A DNA stretch of 64,000 nt from Candidatus Sysuimicrobium tengchongense (GCA_031460175.1 JAVKGW010000001.1:83021-147020); one strand, 5' to 3'. Positions 30,002 to 39,335 are shown, numbered from the stretch's first letter. Numbers and translations are program-made. The notes: a model not told the origin generated them from the sequence alone.

Positions 30002-31261
30002 TCATAGCTCTCCGCGGAAGGCTTTGTCCAGGATGGCCTGCTCCAGGCGCTGAAGTTCCGCTTCGGTTGCCGCTTGCGCCTCCTTGAGCGCCCGGACCCT
30101 CTCCTGCACTGCCTCCAGGTGCGCCACGATGCGGCGTTGTTCCTCGAGGGGTGGGAGGGGGACGAGGTATTGTTCGAGGAATTCTTGGGGGACCCTTTGT
30201 TGCCCCACACCACCCCGGAAGGCCTTTTTGGCATCTTTCCGAAAACGCTCCTGCCTTATGAAAAGCCATATCCATTCTGGAATAACGTTTTTCCCTGGCC
30301 GCAGCACATGGAACTCGGTGGACCCAAATCCAATGCTGTTTATCAACCCGCGCGCGATCGCTGCTTTGCCGTTTTCCATGCAGGGTGTTATCTTGGCAAA
30401 AAGGATGTCGTTTTCTTCAAAGTAGGTGTAGCCCTTCCTAACCTCTTCATAAGGGCGCTCTTGAGCGGCAACAATCGTTCCAGTTTCATCATCAACTGCC
30501 GACATTGGGACAAAGGTCGTAGAAGCATTGGGTGCCCGTTGCATGCGAGGTCGGCGGGGATTAATCTCGCACACCTCCCCCAACCTCACCCACCGCCAGC
30601 CTTCAGGCAGGGGCGCACAGCCGTGCGCCCCTACGTCGGGGCGGGGAAAGGTTTCGGCAAGGGTGGCCTGCCAAAGGCGTTCGGCGTCTTCCAGGGCTTC
30701 TTCGCGAAGGCGGCGCGCCTCCCGCACCCGCGCCATCAGCTCTTCGATCCGCGCCACGATGCGCCGCTGTTCGGGAAGGGGCGGGAGGGGGATGGGATGT
30801 TGTTCGAGGAATTCTTGTGGCACCCTTTGTTGCCCCACGCCACCTCGAAACGCTTTCTTAGCCTCTTCCCGAAAGCACTCCTGCCTTACAAAGAGCCATA
30901 TCCACTCGGAAATGATGCTTTCCCCCGGGCGCAGGACGTGGAATTCGGTCGACCCAAACCCAATACCATCGCGCAGGCAACGGGCAATCGCAGCCTTCCC
31001 ATTTTCCATGCAAGGCGTAATCTTCGCAAAAAGCACGTCGTTTTCTTCGAAGTAAGTGTAGCCCTTCCTGACCTCTGCAAAAGGGCGCTCCTCAGCAGCA
31101 ACAATTTCGCCGGTTGCATCATCAACGGCGGACATCGGAACGAATGTAGTTGGTTCACTTTCCTCGCGCTGAATGCGAGGACGCCGAGGATTGATTGTGC
31201 ACACCTCCCCCAGCCGCACCCACTGCCAGCCTTCGGGGAGTTTGTAGGGTCCTTCAGTCAT
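30002..31261 (-). CDS. hsdS: Type I restriction-modification specificity subunit HsdS
   Basis: 419 aa with two target-recognition domains plus conserved central and distal helices (PLPPLPEQRRIVARIEEL / PLPPLEEQRRIVAHLEAV). The two halves are about 85% identical to each other. Confidence 0.9.
   Translation of the reverse strand: MTEGPYKLPEGWQWVRLGEVCTINPRRPRIQREESEPTTFVPMSAVDDATGEIVAAEERPFAEVRKGYTYFEENDVLFAKITPCMENGKAAIARCLRDGIGFGSTEFHVLRPGESIISEWIWLFVRQECFREEAKKAFRGGVGQQRVPQEFLEQHPIPLPPLPEQRRIVARIEELMARVREARRLREEALEDAERLWQATLAETFPRPDVGAHGCAPLPEGWRWVRLGEVCEINPRRPRMQRAPNASTTFVPMSAVDDETGTIVAAQERPYEEVRKGYTYFEENDILFAKITPCMENGKAAIARGLINSIGFGSTEFHVLRPGKNVIPEWIWLFIRQERFRKDAKKAFRGGVGQQRVPQEFLEQYLVPLPPLEEQRRIVAHLEAVQERVRALKEAQAATEAELQRLEQAILDKAFRGEL
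30020..31250. repeat. Internal tandem duplication within hsdS (two roughly 600-nt half-gene copies)
   Basis: Protein halves LPEGWQWVRLGEVCTINPRRPR...FLEQHPIPLPPLPEQRRIV and LPEGWRWVRLGEVCEINPRRPR...FLEQYLVPLPPLEEQRRIV are near-identical, and the nucleotide similarity is visible. Confidence 0.8.
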
Positions 31262-31649
31262 GGTTTTGTGCCTCCCTCTCCAGGTAAGCCCGCACCTTTA
31301 CGACAAATTCATGGGCCGCTCTGAGCAAGTCTTCTGCTTCCTCGCGGCTTACCGTGATCCCAACGGCATAATCCCCGGTCAAACGAACATCATAAGCCCT
31401 CCGGAGCGCCCGCCCCAGTTCAGGATCAAATATCCCAGTCTGAACAAAATGCTTGCCGAAAAGGCCGATCACGCCGCGATGGGAGGAGGCGGAAAGGCCT
31501 TTGAGCATGAGGGCGGCTTCGGCCATGAAGAACATGGCATAGTAACAGCGAGAGGCACAGGAATCATAGTCCCCCACCTTGAAAAGATGTTCGGCACTTT
31601 GGAGGAAACGCTCCGCTTTGGCAACGAAATCCCTGAGCTCTTTCTTCAT
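31254..31649 (-). CDS. HEPN-domain protein (toxin of a HEPN/MNT pair embedded in the Type I RM operon)
   Basis: 131 aa helical protein (...CASRCYYAMFFMAEAALMLKG...). Overlaps hsdS by 8 nt and the MNT gene by 4 nt. Confidence 0.72.
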   Translation of the reverse strand: MKKELRDFVAKAERFLQSAEHLFKVGDYDSCASRCYYAMFFMAEAALMLKGLSASSHRGVIGLFGKHFVQTGIFDPELGRALRRAYDVRLTGDYAVGITVSREEAEDLLRAAHEFVVKVRAYLEREAQNHD

Positions 31650-31966
31650 ATGTGCACCCCTTCGCGGCGCACATTCGCCAGGAAAGGCGAGGCATACGCT
31701 TCGTAATACCCCTCAGGGACAACGACCACAGAAATGAGTTCCCCCGTCTCAAGCAGAATATCGAAGAGCAGCGCATCCAGGGAACGCCGCACCTGCCAGG
31801 GGTCCAGGGAATCCTCAACGACCACCAGGAGATCCACATCCGAATCCTCGGTGGCCGTCCCCAGCGCATAAGATCCGTAAAGGATCACCGCTTTGATTCC
31901 GGAGCCGTACCTTCCTGCAAGGAAGTCCTTCACTCTGCGAACAATCGCGCGGACATCCTCAGCCAT
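31646..31966 (-). CDS. Minimal nucleotidyltransferase (MNT antitoxin)
   Basis: AVILYGSYALGTATEDSDVDLLVVV is the NTase GS...DxD motif. Overlaps the hsdM stop by 8 nt. Confidence 0.8.
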   Translation of the reverse strand: MAEDVRAIVRRVKDFLAGRYGSGIKAVILYGSYALGTATEDSDVDLLVVVEDSLDPWQVRRSLDALLFDILLETGELISVVVVPEGYYEAYASPFLANVRREGVHI

Positions 31967-33458
31967 TCTCGTCCTCCCGGTTGTTCCCGAGGATCTCGCT
32001 CAGTTCTTCCACAATGCTCAGGACCTCCCGCTCCTTCTCCAGTAGCCCCGCCACGATCTCCACCGGCGAGGGGAGGGCCTCCGTTTCCTTGCGGTTCGGA
32101 TTGCGGGCCGTGAGGTCGTAGCCCCGCTTTTTGATATCCTCCACCGGCACGATCCAGGAGCGCTCCGAGAGACAGGTCTCACGGGGACCCTGCCCCCTAC
32201 GGTAGGCATCCCATGCTTTCCAGAGGCGTCGCGCTTCTTCGAAGTGTTCGTCCTGAATAGGGCTTCCCTTGCTGAATTTCTTCAGCCCCTCGGGTAAGGG
32301 CAGTTCGTAATACCATATCTCCCGAGTGCGTCCCGGCCACTCAAAGAAAATGAGGGCGGTCTTTACATCTACAGGAGCAAACGTACCGGGCGGCAGGCTC
32401 ACGATGGTGTGCAGGTTGAACTCTTCCAAAAGCGCCTTCTTCACCTCGGCGAAAGCCCCGCCGCGAAAGAGGGTTCCCTCCGGCACCACCATCCCGCAGC
32501 GGGCGCCGTCCCGGGGCTTGAGCTTGCGCATGATGTGCTGGAGGAAGAGGAGTTCCGTGGCGGAGGACTTGATGGGAAAGTTGGCCTGGATGTGCCGGCC
32601 CTCAACACCGCCGAAGGGCGGATTGGTCATGATGACATCAAAGCGCTCGGTGACCTGGCGGATGTTCTCTTCCAGCGTATTCCGGCGGTAAATGCGGGGC
32701 GCGGCCACGCCGTGAAGGACCATGTTCATCAGCCCCAGAAGGGCCGGGATGGGCTTCTTCTCCTGACCATAGAACGTGCGCTCCTGGAGCATGCGGTGGT
32801 CCTCCAGGGTCCTCTCCTGTCGTTTCATCCAGAGATACGCTTCTACAAGGAAGCCACAGGTGCCGCAGGCGGGATCGTAAACGGTCTCGCCGATCTGAGG
32901 GTTCACCACCTCCACGATGAATCGTATTACAGGTCGTGGTGTATATACCTCGCCTGCAATACCGACTTCGTTTCCCGTTCGATAAAGTAGAGACTCGTAT
33001 ACCTCTGAAACTGTGAAGATATCGTCCTGGCTATGAAAGTCAATCCCGTTGATGATCGTGATGACATCCTTGAGATTGTAACCGGAAGCGCAGACGATGA
33101 CGTTGCGCTCGGCGAAGACGCTGCGGATGGTTTCTCGCAACGGATCACCGCCCAGGTTCTGGAGATAGGGGATAAGCTTCCCATGCACAAAGGCAAGCAG
33201 GTCATCTGCAGGCCAGTCCTTCAAAGCCCAGTCCCGCCAGCGGTAGGGAGGTTCAATGATAGGCCGGTAGGGGCGGCCGGCGAGGGTCGCCTGGGTCTCC
33301 CACTCCTCTTCTTGAGCGTCCAGAAAGCGCAGGAAGAGGAGCCAGGACAGGTGCTCCACATACTCCATGATGCCGCCGCAGTTGTTGTCACGACGGAGGA
33401 TGTCACAAGCTCGCCAGATTTCGTTAGCCAAGGTCTCTCGGGTTTGAGGACGGTTCAT
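31959..33458 (-). CDS. hsdM: Type I restriction-modification DNA methyltransferase subunit HsdM (N6-adenine)
   Basis: HsdM N-terminal domain plus MTase motifs: VYDPACGTCGFLV (motif I) and VIMTNPPFGG (motif IV, NPPF). Confidence 0.92.
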   Translation of the reverse strand: MNRPQTRETLANEIWRACDILRRDNNCGGIMEYVEHLSWLLFLRFLDAQEEEWETQATLAGRPYRPIIEPPYRWRDWALKDWPADDLLAFVHGKLIPYLQNLGGDPLRETIRSVFAERNVIVCASGYNLKDVITIINGIDFHSQDDIFTVSEVYESLLYRTGNEVGIAGEVYTPRPVIRFIVEVVNPQIGETVYDPACGTCGFLVEAYLWMKRQERTLEDHRMLQERTFYGQEKKPIPALLGLMNMVLHGVAAPRIYRRNTLEENIRQVTERFDVIMTNPPFGGVEGRHIQANFPIKSSATELLFLQHIMRKLKPRDGARCGMVVPEGTLFRGGAFAEVKKALLEEFNLHTIVSLPPGTFAPVDVKTALIFFEWPGRTREIWYYELPLPEGLKKFSKGSPIQDEHFEEARRLWKAWDAYRRGQGPRETCLSERSWIVPVEDIKKRGYDLTARNPNRKETEALPSPVEIVAGLLEKEREVLSIVEELSEILGNNREDENG

Positions 33459-36133
33459 GCCGCTACCTCCTCACGGAGATAGAGCCGTTCTCGGACACTT
33501 TTCAATGCTTGACCGAGTTGGGCAGGGCCGCCAAACCAATCCTTGATCTTCACCGCTCCGCCCCATTCCCGGAAAGGTGACACCCCAAAGATCTCGGGCT
33601 CCAGTTGTTCAATTCCACCCACCCGGTATTTATCGAGCAACTCCAGAATGACCCGGCGGGCTTCCTCCCGGTGCTTGAGCAGAAAAGCCTGTTCCCGATT
33701 CAGGAAGGCCTCCGCCCGCTGGCGGCGGGTGCGAATGGGAGCCCCGAAGGCCAGATGGGCGAGGAGGTCGTAGGTGTCGGCTTCGGGCTGTCCCTCGATC
33801 TCGGCCAGGAGTTCGGGATGAACGCTGGCGCGGCGCAGCTCCTCCATAAAACGCCTGCGCTTCTCCGAATCCACCCAGATCTCCCGTAATGTTTTCTGCG
33901 TGGGTGCCGCCTCGATGACCCGGCTCCGGATGTAATCTCGATACTCCCTCAGAGTCAACTGCTGGCCGGTGGCGTCGATCGTGAAGATGATCTCGTCCTG
34001 AATAGCCACCTCCAGCCCCTCTACGCGGATCTTTTGGGGCTTGCCCTTTTGCTGCTTAAGCGGCACCTCCACCCATTGGACCGCGTCCGCAACGGTGTCC
34101 ACGCGCAGCTCTTTCCGCACATAGCCGGGTGCACTGACGATGAGGGTCAGCGTTCCCTCCGGAAGGCTCCGGAATGCGAACCTTCCGTTCTCGTCGGTGC
34201 GGATAGGCCCCTGCTGGGTGTTGGGTCCGGTGCGGATGGAAACAGAGGCGCCGACGATAACATCTCCAGTCTCGGCATCGCAAACAACCCCATCCACGCC
34301 CGCCGTCAGAGGACCCGCCGGCGGTTCAGGTGGCGGAACGGGCGGCCGATCCCACTGGTCGAATAGTCGGGTGGCACCAGTATAGTCGATGATGCGGAAC
34401 CAGTATTTGTCCGTAGCGGGATCCAGACGGCTCCCACGCCCGATGATCTGCTTAAAGAGCACAGGGGAGGAGATGGTCTTCATAAAAACGATGTTCCGGC
34501 AAGGAGGAACGTCCACGCCGGTCGTAAGCAATTCGGCAGTGGTGGCCACCACAGGCGCTTTCTTATTGGAGTCGGCGAAATCCTCCAGCCAGCGGCGGGC
34601 TTCTTCTCCTTCTTCGGAGATGATGGGCACAGCGTAGTTGTCCAGTCCGGTCTCGGGACCCAATTCGTCCCGGAGCAATCGGGCCACCAGGCGGGCATGC
34701 TCCATATCCACGCAGAAGACCATAGTCTTTTCCATCGGCCCGAAGCGGCGGAGCAACCCCGCCAGGTGTCGCACCATCTCCCTTGTGCGGTCCGGCAGGG
34801 TGATCTCCCGCTCAAACTGGGGCGTGTGGTAAACGGGGCGGGGCTCCACGTCCTCAGGAATGAAGACCTCTGCGCCCTGCTCCATGGCATCCTCCAGCCT
34901 GAGCCCCTGAGCATCTACGCTGGTGCGCACCACGTGCACCTTATAGGTGGCCAGAAACCCGTCCTCAATGCCCTGGCCGAGGCTATATTGGTATGCCGGA
35001 GGCCGCCAGGTGCCCCGCTCGGGGTGTTCCGGGTCTATGGAGACTTCGGGTTCTTCGCTGCAGAAGTAGGCATAGGTGTCAATGTTCTCATCCTGCTTGG
35101 GGGTAGCGGTCATCCCCAGGTGGATGGCTGAGGAGAAGTGGTCCAGGATCTCCCGCCAGGTTCCCCAGCCCGAGCGATGGCACTCATCAATGATGACCAG
35201 ATCAAAGAAATCAGGTGGAAAGCACTCAAAGAGCCGCTTCCCTTCCTCGTTGGGGCTCCAGAGGGTTTGATAGATGCCAAAGTAAAGGTCCCGGTTCAGG
35301 TTGGGCGGATGGCCTTCAATGAGGAAGCGGGGCTCGCTGGTCCCGGTAGCGAAGGGCGAGAACGTGTTGTAGGCCTGGTCGCGCAGGACGATCCGATCGG
35401 CGAGGAAGAGCACTCGCGCCGGCCGTCCGGGATGGCGGTTCTCCAGCCACCGGGACTTCAAGAGTTTCCAGACGATCTGGAAGGCCACGAAGGTCTTCCC
35501 CGTGCCCGTGGCCATCGTGAGGAGGATCCGCCGCTGGCCCCGCATAATGCGGAGGATCACCTCCCGGATGGCCACTTCCTGGAAGTAATAAGGGCGCTTG
35601 CCGCAGAGGCTCTCGGGGCAATAAGGACACAATAGGGGGTTGGTTTGCCTCTCTGGAAGCCCGTATATACTGGGGGCCTCTTTGAGCTGGCCTGGAACCG
35701 GCTGGGTCAGGCCTGTGTTTACCTGCCACCGCTGCCACAGATCATCCGGCGATGGGAATCGATCCAAATCCCGGGTGGTGTGCGTGAAGAAGTCATACTC
35801 TACGATCCTGTGTCCATTGGTGGAATAAGCGAAAGCCAGCCCCAGGTCCCGAGCATAGCCCTTGGCCTGTTCCAGGCCGGCATCAGGCGGGCTGTCCTCG
35901 GGTTCAGCCTCCACCACGGCGATGGGGAAGCCATCGGTGTAGCGCAATAGGTAATCTACCCGCCTGGGCTTGCCTCGCCGGATGCGATCTCCAACTAAAA
36001 TAATTTTCCCGGGCGTGTATTGATGGTCTCGGTTGTAATAAAACTCCCTCCCAAGGTGTTGATCCGTCCAGCCTGCAGCCTTAAGTTTGAGCTCAACAAG
36101 CCTTGCCCGGGTTTCCGCTTCATTCATCCCCAT
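33455..36133 (-). CDS. hsdR: Type I restriction enzyme R subunit HsdR with an inserted carboxypeptidase-regulatory-like beta-sandwich domain
   Basis: MNEAETRARLVE N-terminal nuclease region. SF2 motifs LLTMATGTGKT, VIIDECHR and QIIGRGSR. EcoEI_R_C-like tail. Start moved to ATG 36133; the track's upstream extension is a repeat-encoded remnant (see findings). Confidence 0.9.
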   Translation of the reverse strand: MGMNEAETRARLVELKLKAAGWTDQHLGREFYYNRDHQYTPGKIILVGDRIRRGKPRRVDYLLRYTDGFPIAVVEAEPEDSPPDAGLEQAKGYARDLGLAFAYSTNGHRIVEYDFFTHTTRDLDRFPSPDDLWQRWQVNTGLTQPVPGQLKEAPSIYGLPERQTNPLLCPYCPESLCGKRPYYFQEVAIREVILRIMRGQRRILLTMATGTGKTFVAFQIVWKLLKSRWLENRHPGRPARVLFLADRIVLRDQAYNTFSPFATGTSEPRFLIEGHPPNLNRDLYFGIYQTLWSPNEEGKRLFECFPPDFFDLVIIDECHRSGWGTWREILDHFSSAIHLGMTATPKQDENIDTYAYFCSEEPEVSIDPEHPERGTWRPPAYQYSLGQGIEDGFLATYKVHVVRTSVDAQGLRLEDAMEQGAEVFIPEDVEPRPVYHTPQFEREITLPDRTREMVRHLAGLLRRFGPMEKTMVFCVDMEHARLVARLLRDELGPETGLDNYAVPIISEEGEEARRWLEDFADSNKKAPVVATTAELLTTGVDVPPCRNIVFMKTISSPVLFKQIIGRGSRLDPATDKYWFRIIDYTGATRLFDQWDRPPVPPPEPPAGPLTAGVDGVVCDAETGDVIVGASVSIRTGPNTQQGPIRTDENGRFAFRSLPEGTLTLIVSAPGYVRKELRVDTVADAVQWVEVPLKQQKGKPQKIRVEGLEVAIQDEIIFTIDATGQQLTLREYRDYIRSRVIEAAPTQKTLREIWVDSEKRRRFMEELRRASVHPELLAEIEGQPEADTYDLLAHLAFGAPIRTRRQRAEAFLNREQAFLLKHREEARRVILELLDKYRVGGIEQLEPEIFGVSPFREWGGAVKIKDWFGGPAQLGQALKSVRERLYLREEVAA

Positions 36134-36160
36134 CGGAGCTCCTCCCGAACGCCGTGGTCT

Positions 36161-36240
36161 TTGGATGGGTGCGCCGAGATCTGCCCGATGGGGGGGCTCG
36201 TCGGCCTCAATCAGGCGGTGCACGCCATCAGACATCCCTG
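36161..36240 (-). repeat. Roughly 75-nt diverged repeat encoding a DUF1156-like N-terminal peptide remnant, copy 1 (upstream of the hsdR start)
   Basis: Contains TGCGCCGAGATCTGCCCGATGGG...CTCGTCGG...TCAAT.AGGCGG. On the coding strand it translates as MSDGVHRLIEADEPPHRADLGAP. The second copy is at 38055-38130. Confidence 0.55.
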
Positions 36241-36280
36241 TTCCTCCCTGCCTAAATGTATCAGTCCCCAAATGCATCGT

Positions 36281-37961
36281 TCAAGAAGAGATGATTGCAT
36301 TTCCCCGTGAGATTGATGTATTTTGAATCGCTACATAGCAAGCACCTCGGCCTTTCCCCTGCTTCCTCAAAAAACCCATCTCCACAAGGTGCTGAAGAAG
36401 CCGAAAGGCCTGAATCCGTGAAACGCCGAAAACGCGCCGGACATCCTCATTTTTGACATAGCCTTTCTCATGTAGGATCGGCTCCAGGGCAAGGAGTTCC
36501 GGCGGCTTTTCCTGGGGCGCTTTCTCAGGTTCCGGGATGATCTCATACACTCGCCCTCGAGGCTGGTTGAGCCGCACGATTCTCCGGCGGAGGAGGTCCT
36601 TGATGTCACGACTGGCCGTGTAGGGGTCCACACCGACCAGTTTCTGATAAGCCCGGCTGGTGAACCGGCCTCCGTGCTCGTAGGCGTAAGCCAGAAGCCG
36701 CAGTTGATTGCGGGTGAGCCCCTGCCCTTCGTATCGCCGGAGCCAGTACATCGTCTCCGGTCGGTAGATCGGCGTGCTGTGGAGGGTGACGACAAAGCAG
36801 CCACCTTCCATGGCAAGCTCGGGTGGGCGTAGCCCCTCACGCTCCATCACCTCGAACATGCGTGGGATGCCCTCGCCACGCTCCCGCATGTAGCCCAGGT
36901 CCGTCAGCACCCGCACGATCCGCGGGTTCCGCGAGGCATGGACTTTTTCGCGACGGCGCAACCGTTCCAGGGTCACCGGCGGCACCGGCTCGCCAGGGCT
37001 ACGCACTTCCAGGCGGTCATCGAACAGATCCACTTCGATACCGATCCCTTCCAGAGCGTAATCCCGGTGCGCGATGGCGTTGACAATGGCTTCCTGCCAG
37101 GCGAAGGTGGGATAGACCAGGCGCTCTTCAAAGAAGAGGTCCACCAGGGTCTGCCGCTCAGGCAGATACGGCTGGATGGTCCTGTAGGCTTCCTCCACCA
37201 GCCGCACCAGCGGGATGCCTTCGATCCGAAGCCGCTTGCGGATGTTGAATTCCGGGCCGGTGCGTCGCTCGGTTCCCTGCCAGACGGCGAAATCAATCCC
37301 ACAGCGGGGATGCCAGCGAGAAGGATCTCGGCCGAAGAGCAACAGGGCAGCCCGGCGCAGGAAGAGACGCCCATTTCGCTTCTCGGCCAGATGGTAATGC
37401 AGGAGCGCTTCCTCGACCGACAGGTCCAGTCCTACGCGCTCGACGACTTCTTTCACCAGATCGGTGTTTATATCCGCCAGGGTGGCTTCGGGGACGATCT
37501 GATCTTCCCAGATCAGTTTACGACGTGCGTTCTTGATGGCTTCAATGTCCGTGGCGGGGAAGGGCAGGTTCTGGTCATTGTGACGGTAAAGGTAGCGTCC
37601 ATCGCTGAGCTGATGCACCTGCGGGCTCCAGTCGGTCTCGAAGACCCACACGCGCTTCCCTTCCAGGGTGATTTCATGAACACGAAAGCTCAGAGGGGGG
37701 GCGGATGAGGCTCCTGATCTGCGTCCTGACTTGCGCAAGGTTATAGCGCTCCGGAACGCCCGAAACAGTGCCGTCATCCTCAATACCGAGCACGACCGTG
37801 CCACCGTCGGCATTGGCCATAGCCGCCAGCGTTTCCGCCACATCCCGGATCACGTCTTTGACCGGTCGGGGACGGGGCACGTCGTCCCTCCGGTCATAGC
37901 AACTTTTGCGCTCCAAGAATTGCCCCTCGGATTGCTCTTTCACCCATGTCCAATCGGTCAT
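36281..37961 (-). pseudogene. AlbA_2 (Schlafen-like AAA_4) / HATPase_c_4 putative regulator, frameshifted at a C7 homopolymer
   Basis: N-terminal AlbA_2 domain is encoded in the frame of ORF 37674..37961 (...VVLGIEDDGTVSGV...). The rest is in the frame of ORF 36281..37843. Removing one C from the C7 run at 37695-37701 (coding strand) fuses them into ...IRSLIRPPLSFRVHEITLEG... Confidence 0.7.
37695..37701 (-). other. Homopolymeric C7 (G7 on plus strand) tract at the frameshift site
   Basis: Sequence ...cagagggggggcgg... read directly. Located exactly where the two reading frames of the AlbA_2/HATPase_c_4 gene switch. Confidence 0.8.
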
Positions 37962-38054
37962 GGTGCTTCCCCGAAAGTTGCCGCCGCGTGGGACGGGTCG
38001 ACGCCGGTATCGTTGCCTCGTGCATGACCAGAGGTGGGGGCGCCCTTGCGCACA

Positions 38055-38130
38055 TTCTGGCCCTTCCGGGCATGCGCCGAGATCTGCCCGATGGGCATCT
38101 CGTCGGTTTCAATGAGGCGGCGGATGGGGT
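38055..38130 (-). repeat. Roughly 75-nt diverged repeat encoding a DUF1156-like N-terminal peptide remnant, copy 2 (upstream of the AlbA_2 gene start)
   Basis: 23-nt exact match to copy 1. Translates as MPNPIRRLIETDEMPIGQISAHARKGQ (track ORF 37958..38173). Confidence 0.55.
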
Positions 38131-39335
38131 TAGGCATCCGTTTCTCCCTCCATATATGCAGATGCATTTTCAATGCGCCACAACAGGTAATTTATCACAA
38201 TCAATTGATGAAGAACCTCATACGGGTCCAAACGCACCAGTTCATGGTTCTCCGGCAAATGCCCCTTCGGATTCCTGAAGGCTTTAAAAACCCCTTCACA
38301 AATCAAAGCCAGTCCGGCTTGTTCATTTTTACCTGATTCCTTATCAAGATGAGCGTTAAAGCGAATCCTCAATTTCGCAGGCTCTCCTATTTGTTTCATT
38401 GTTGCCTGAACTAATTCGGCCTCATTTTTGTCCCATATACCGGAACGCTTTTGAATCTCTTCGTTGAGGACCTTGGTTGCCTCAAACACAGCTCCCACGA
38501 ATTTCCCAGCACGGAAGTAGCCTTCTGCCGCTTGCTTGACTCGTCTGTGAAGGGGAAAGTAATCAAAGAGTAGTTGTGGATCCGGATGCTCAGTCTCCCT
38601 TACGATTGCCTCATATAGAAGAGCTTTTTCAGTAGGAGATAACACGCGTTGTGATAGTAGTACTCCTTCATCAAAAACAATCCGTTCTTGAACACTACCA
38701 AAACGTTCCCAATCTTCTCGCTTGTTCCCTCCATAACGCTCGGCCCACCACACTCGCGCAATAATGTCCGCTTCGTCCTGCGGCTCGCCTTGTGGGCGGG
38801 AAACATCATCCCCCAGCTCTCTCAGAGCCGCAGCATAGAGAATCCGCCTATACAAAGGGCCACGCCCCATTTCCCTTTTAGAAATCTCCTTAGTTTTCAA
38901 TATCGCCTGGAGACATTCCCCTCCACGGTCGCTGCCCATTGCCTGGAAACCCAACGATAGGAGAAACACCTGCTCCGGATCACGCAGAGGCGACCATCTG
39001 TCGTCCGCGCCGAGTTGCTGCACCTTGTCACTCAACCGTGCGAACCACTCAGGTTCAAGTTCAAGGGAGCGGCCTGCTTTTCGGTTTAACCAGAAAGCCG
39101 CTGCTATTGGTCCTACATTCCGGTGCACATCCCAGACCTGTTCTTCTTCTACCCATTTTCGTATTTTCAAAACAAGCTCCTCAAAAGGTTGGTTATTCTC
39201 GGTCCCCTCAACGCTCAATGCATAGCCCAACCAGGCCGCCGCGAATGGATCCCAGCGGTCTTTCAGAACCTCCAGCTCCCTCAACAGGGCCTGACGCAGC
39301 TCACGTCTGTAGTGGTAAAAATCTACAGGAACCAT
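38130..39335 (-). CDS. Ymh-family (TIGR02391 / Hypoth_Ymh) HEPN-superfamily protein with an about 250-aa N-terminal extension. Candidate effector.
   Basis: C-terminal ...FVGAVFEATKVLNEEIQKRSG...GLALICEGVFKAFRNPKGH... matches the Ymh domain with an intact R-x4-H motif (RNPKGH). AT-rich codon usage. Start overlaps the 3' end of the pAgo gene by 13 nt. Confidence 0.65.
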   Translation of the reverse strand: MVPVDFYHYRRELRQALLRELEVLKDRWDPFAAAWLGYALSVEGTENNQPFEELVLKIRKWVEEEQVWDVHRNVGPIAAAFWLNRKAGRSLELEPEWFARLSDKVQQLGADDRWSPLRDPEQVFLLSLGFQAMGSDRGGECLQAILKTKEISKREMGRGPLYRRILYAAALRELGDDVSRPQGEPQDEADIIARVWWAERYGGNKREDWERFGSVQERIVFDEGVLLSQRVLSPTEKALLYEAIVRETEHPDPQLLFDYFPLHRRVKQAAEGYFRAGKFVGAVFEATKVLNEEIQKRSGIWDKNEAELVQATMKQIGEPAKLRIRFNAHLDKESGKNEQAGLALICEGVFKAFRNPKGHLPENHELVRLDPYEVLHQLIVINYLLWRIENASAYMEGETDA

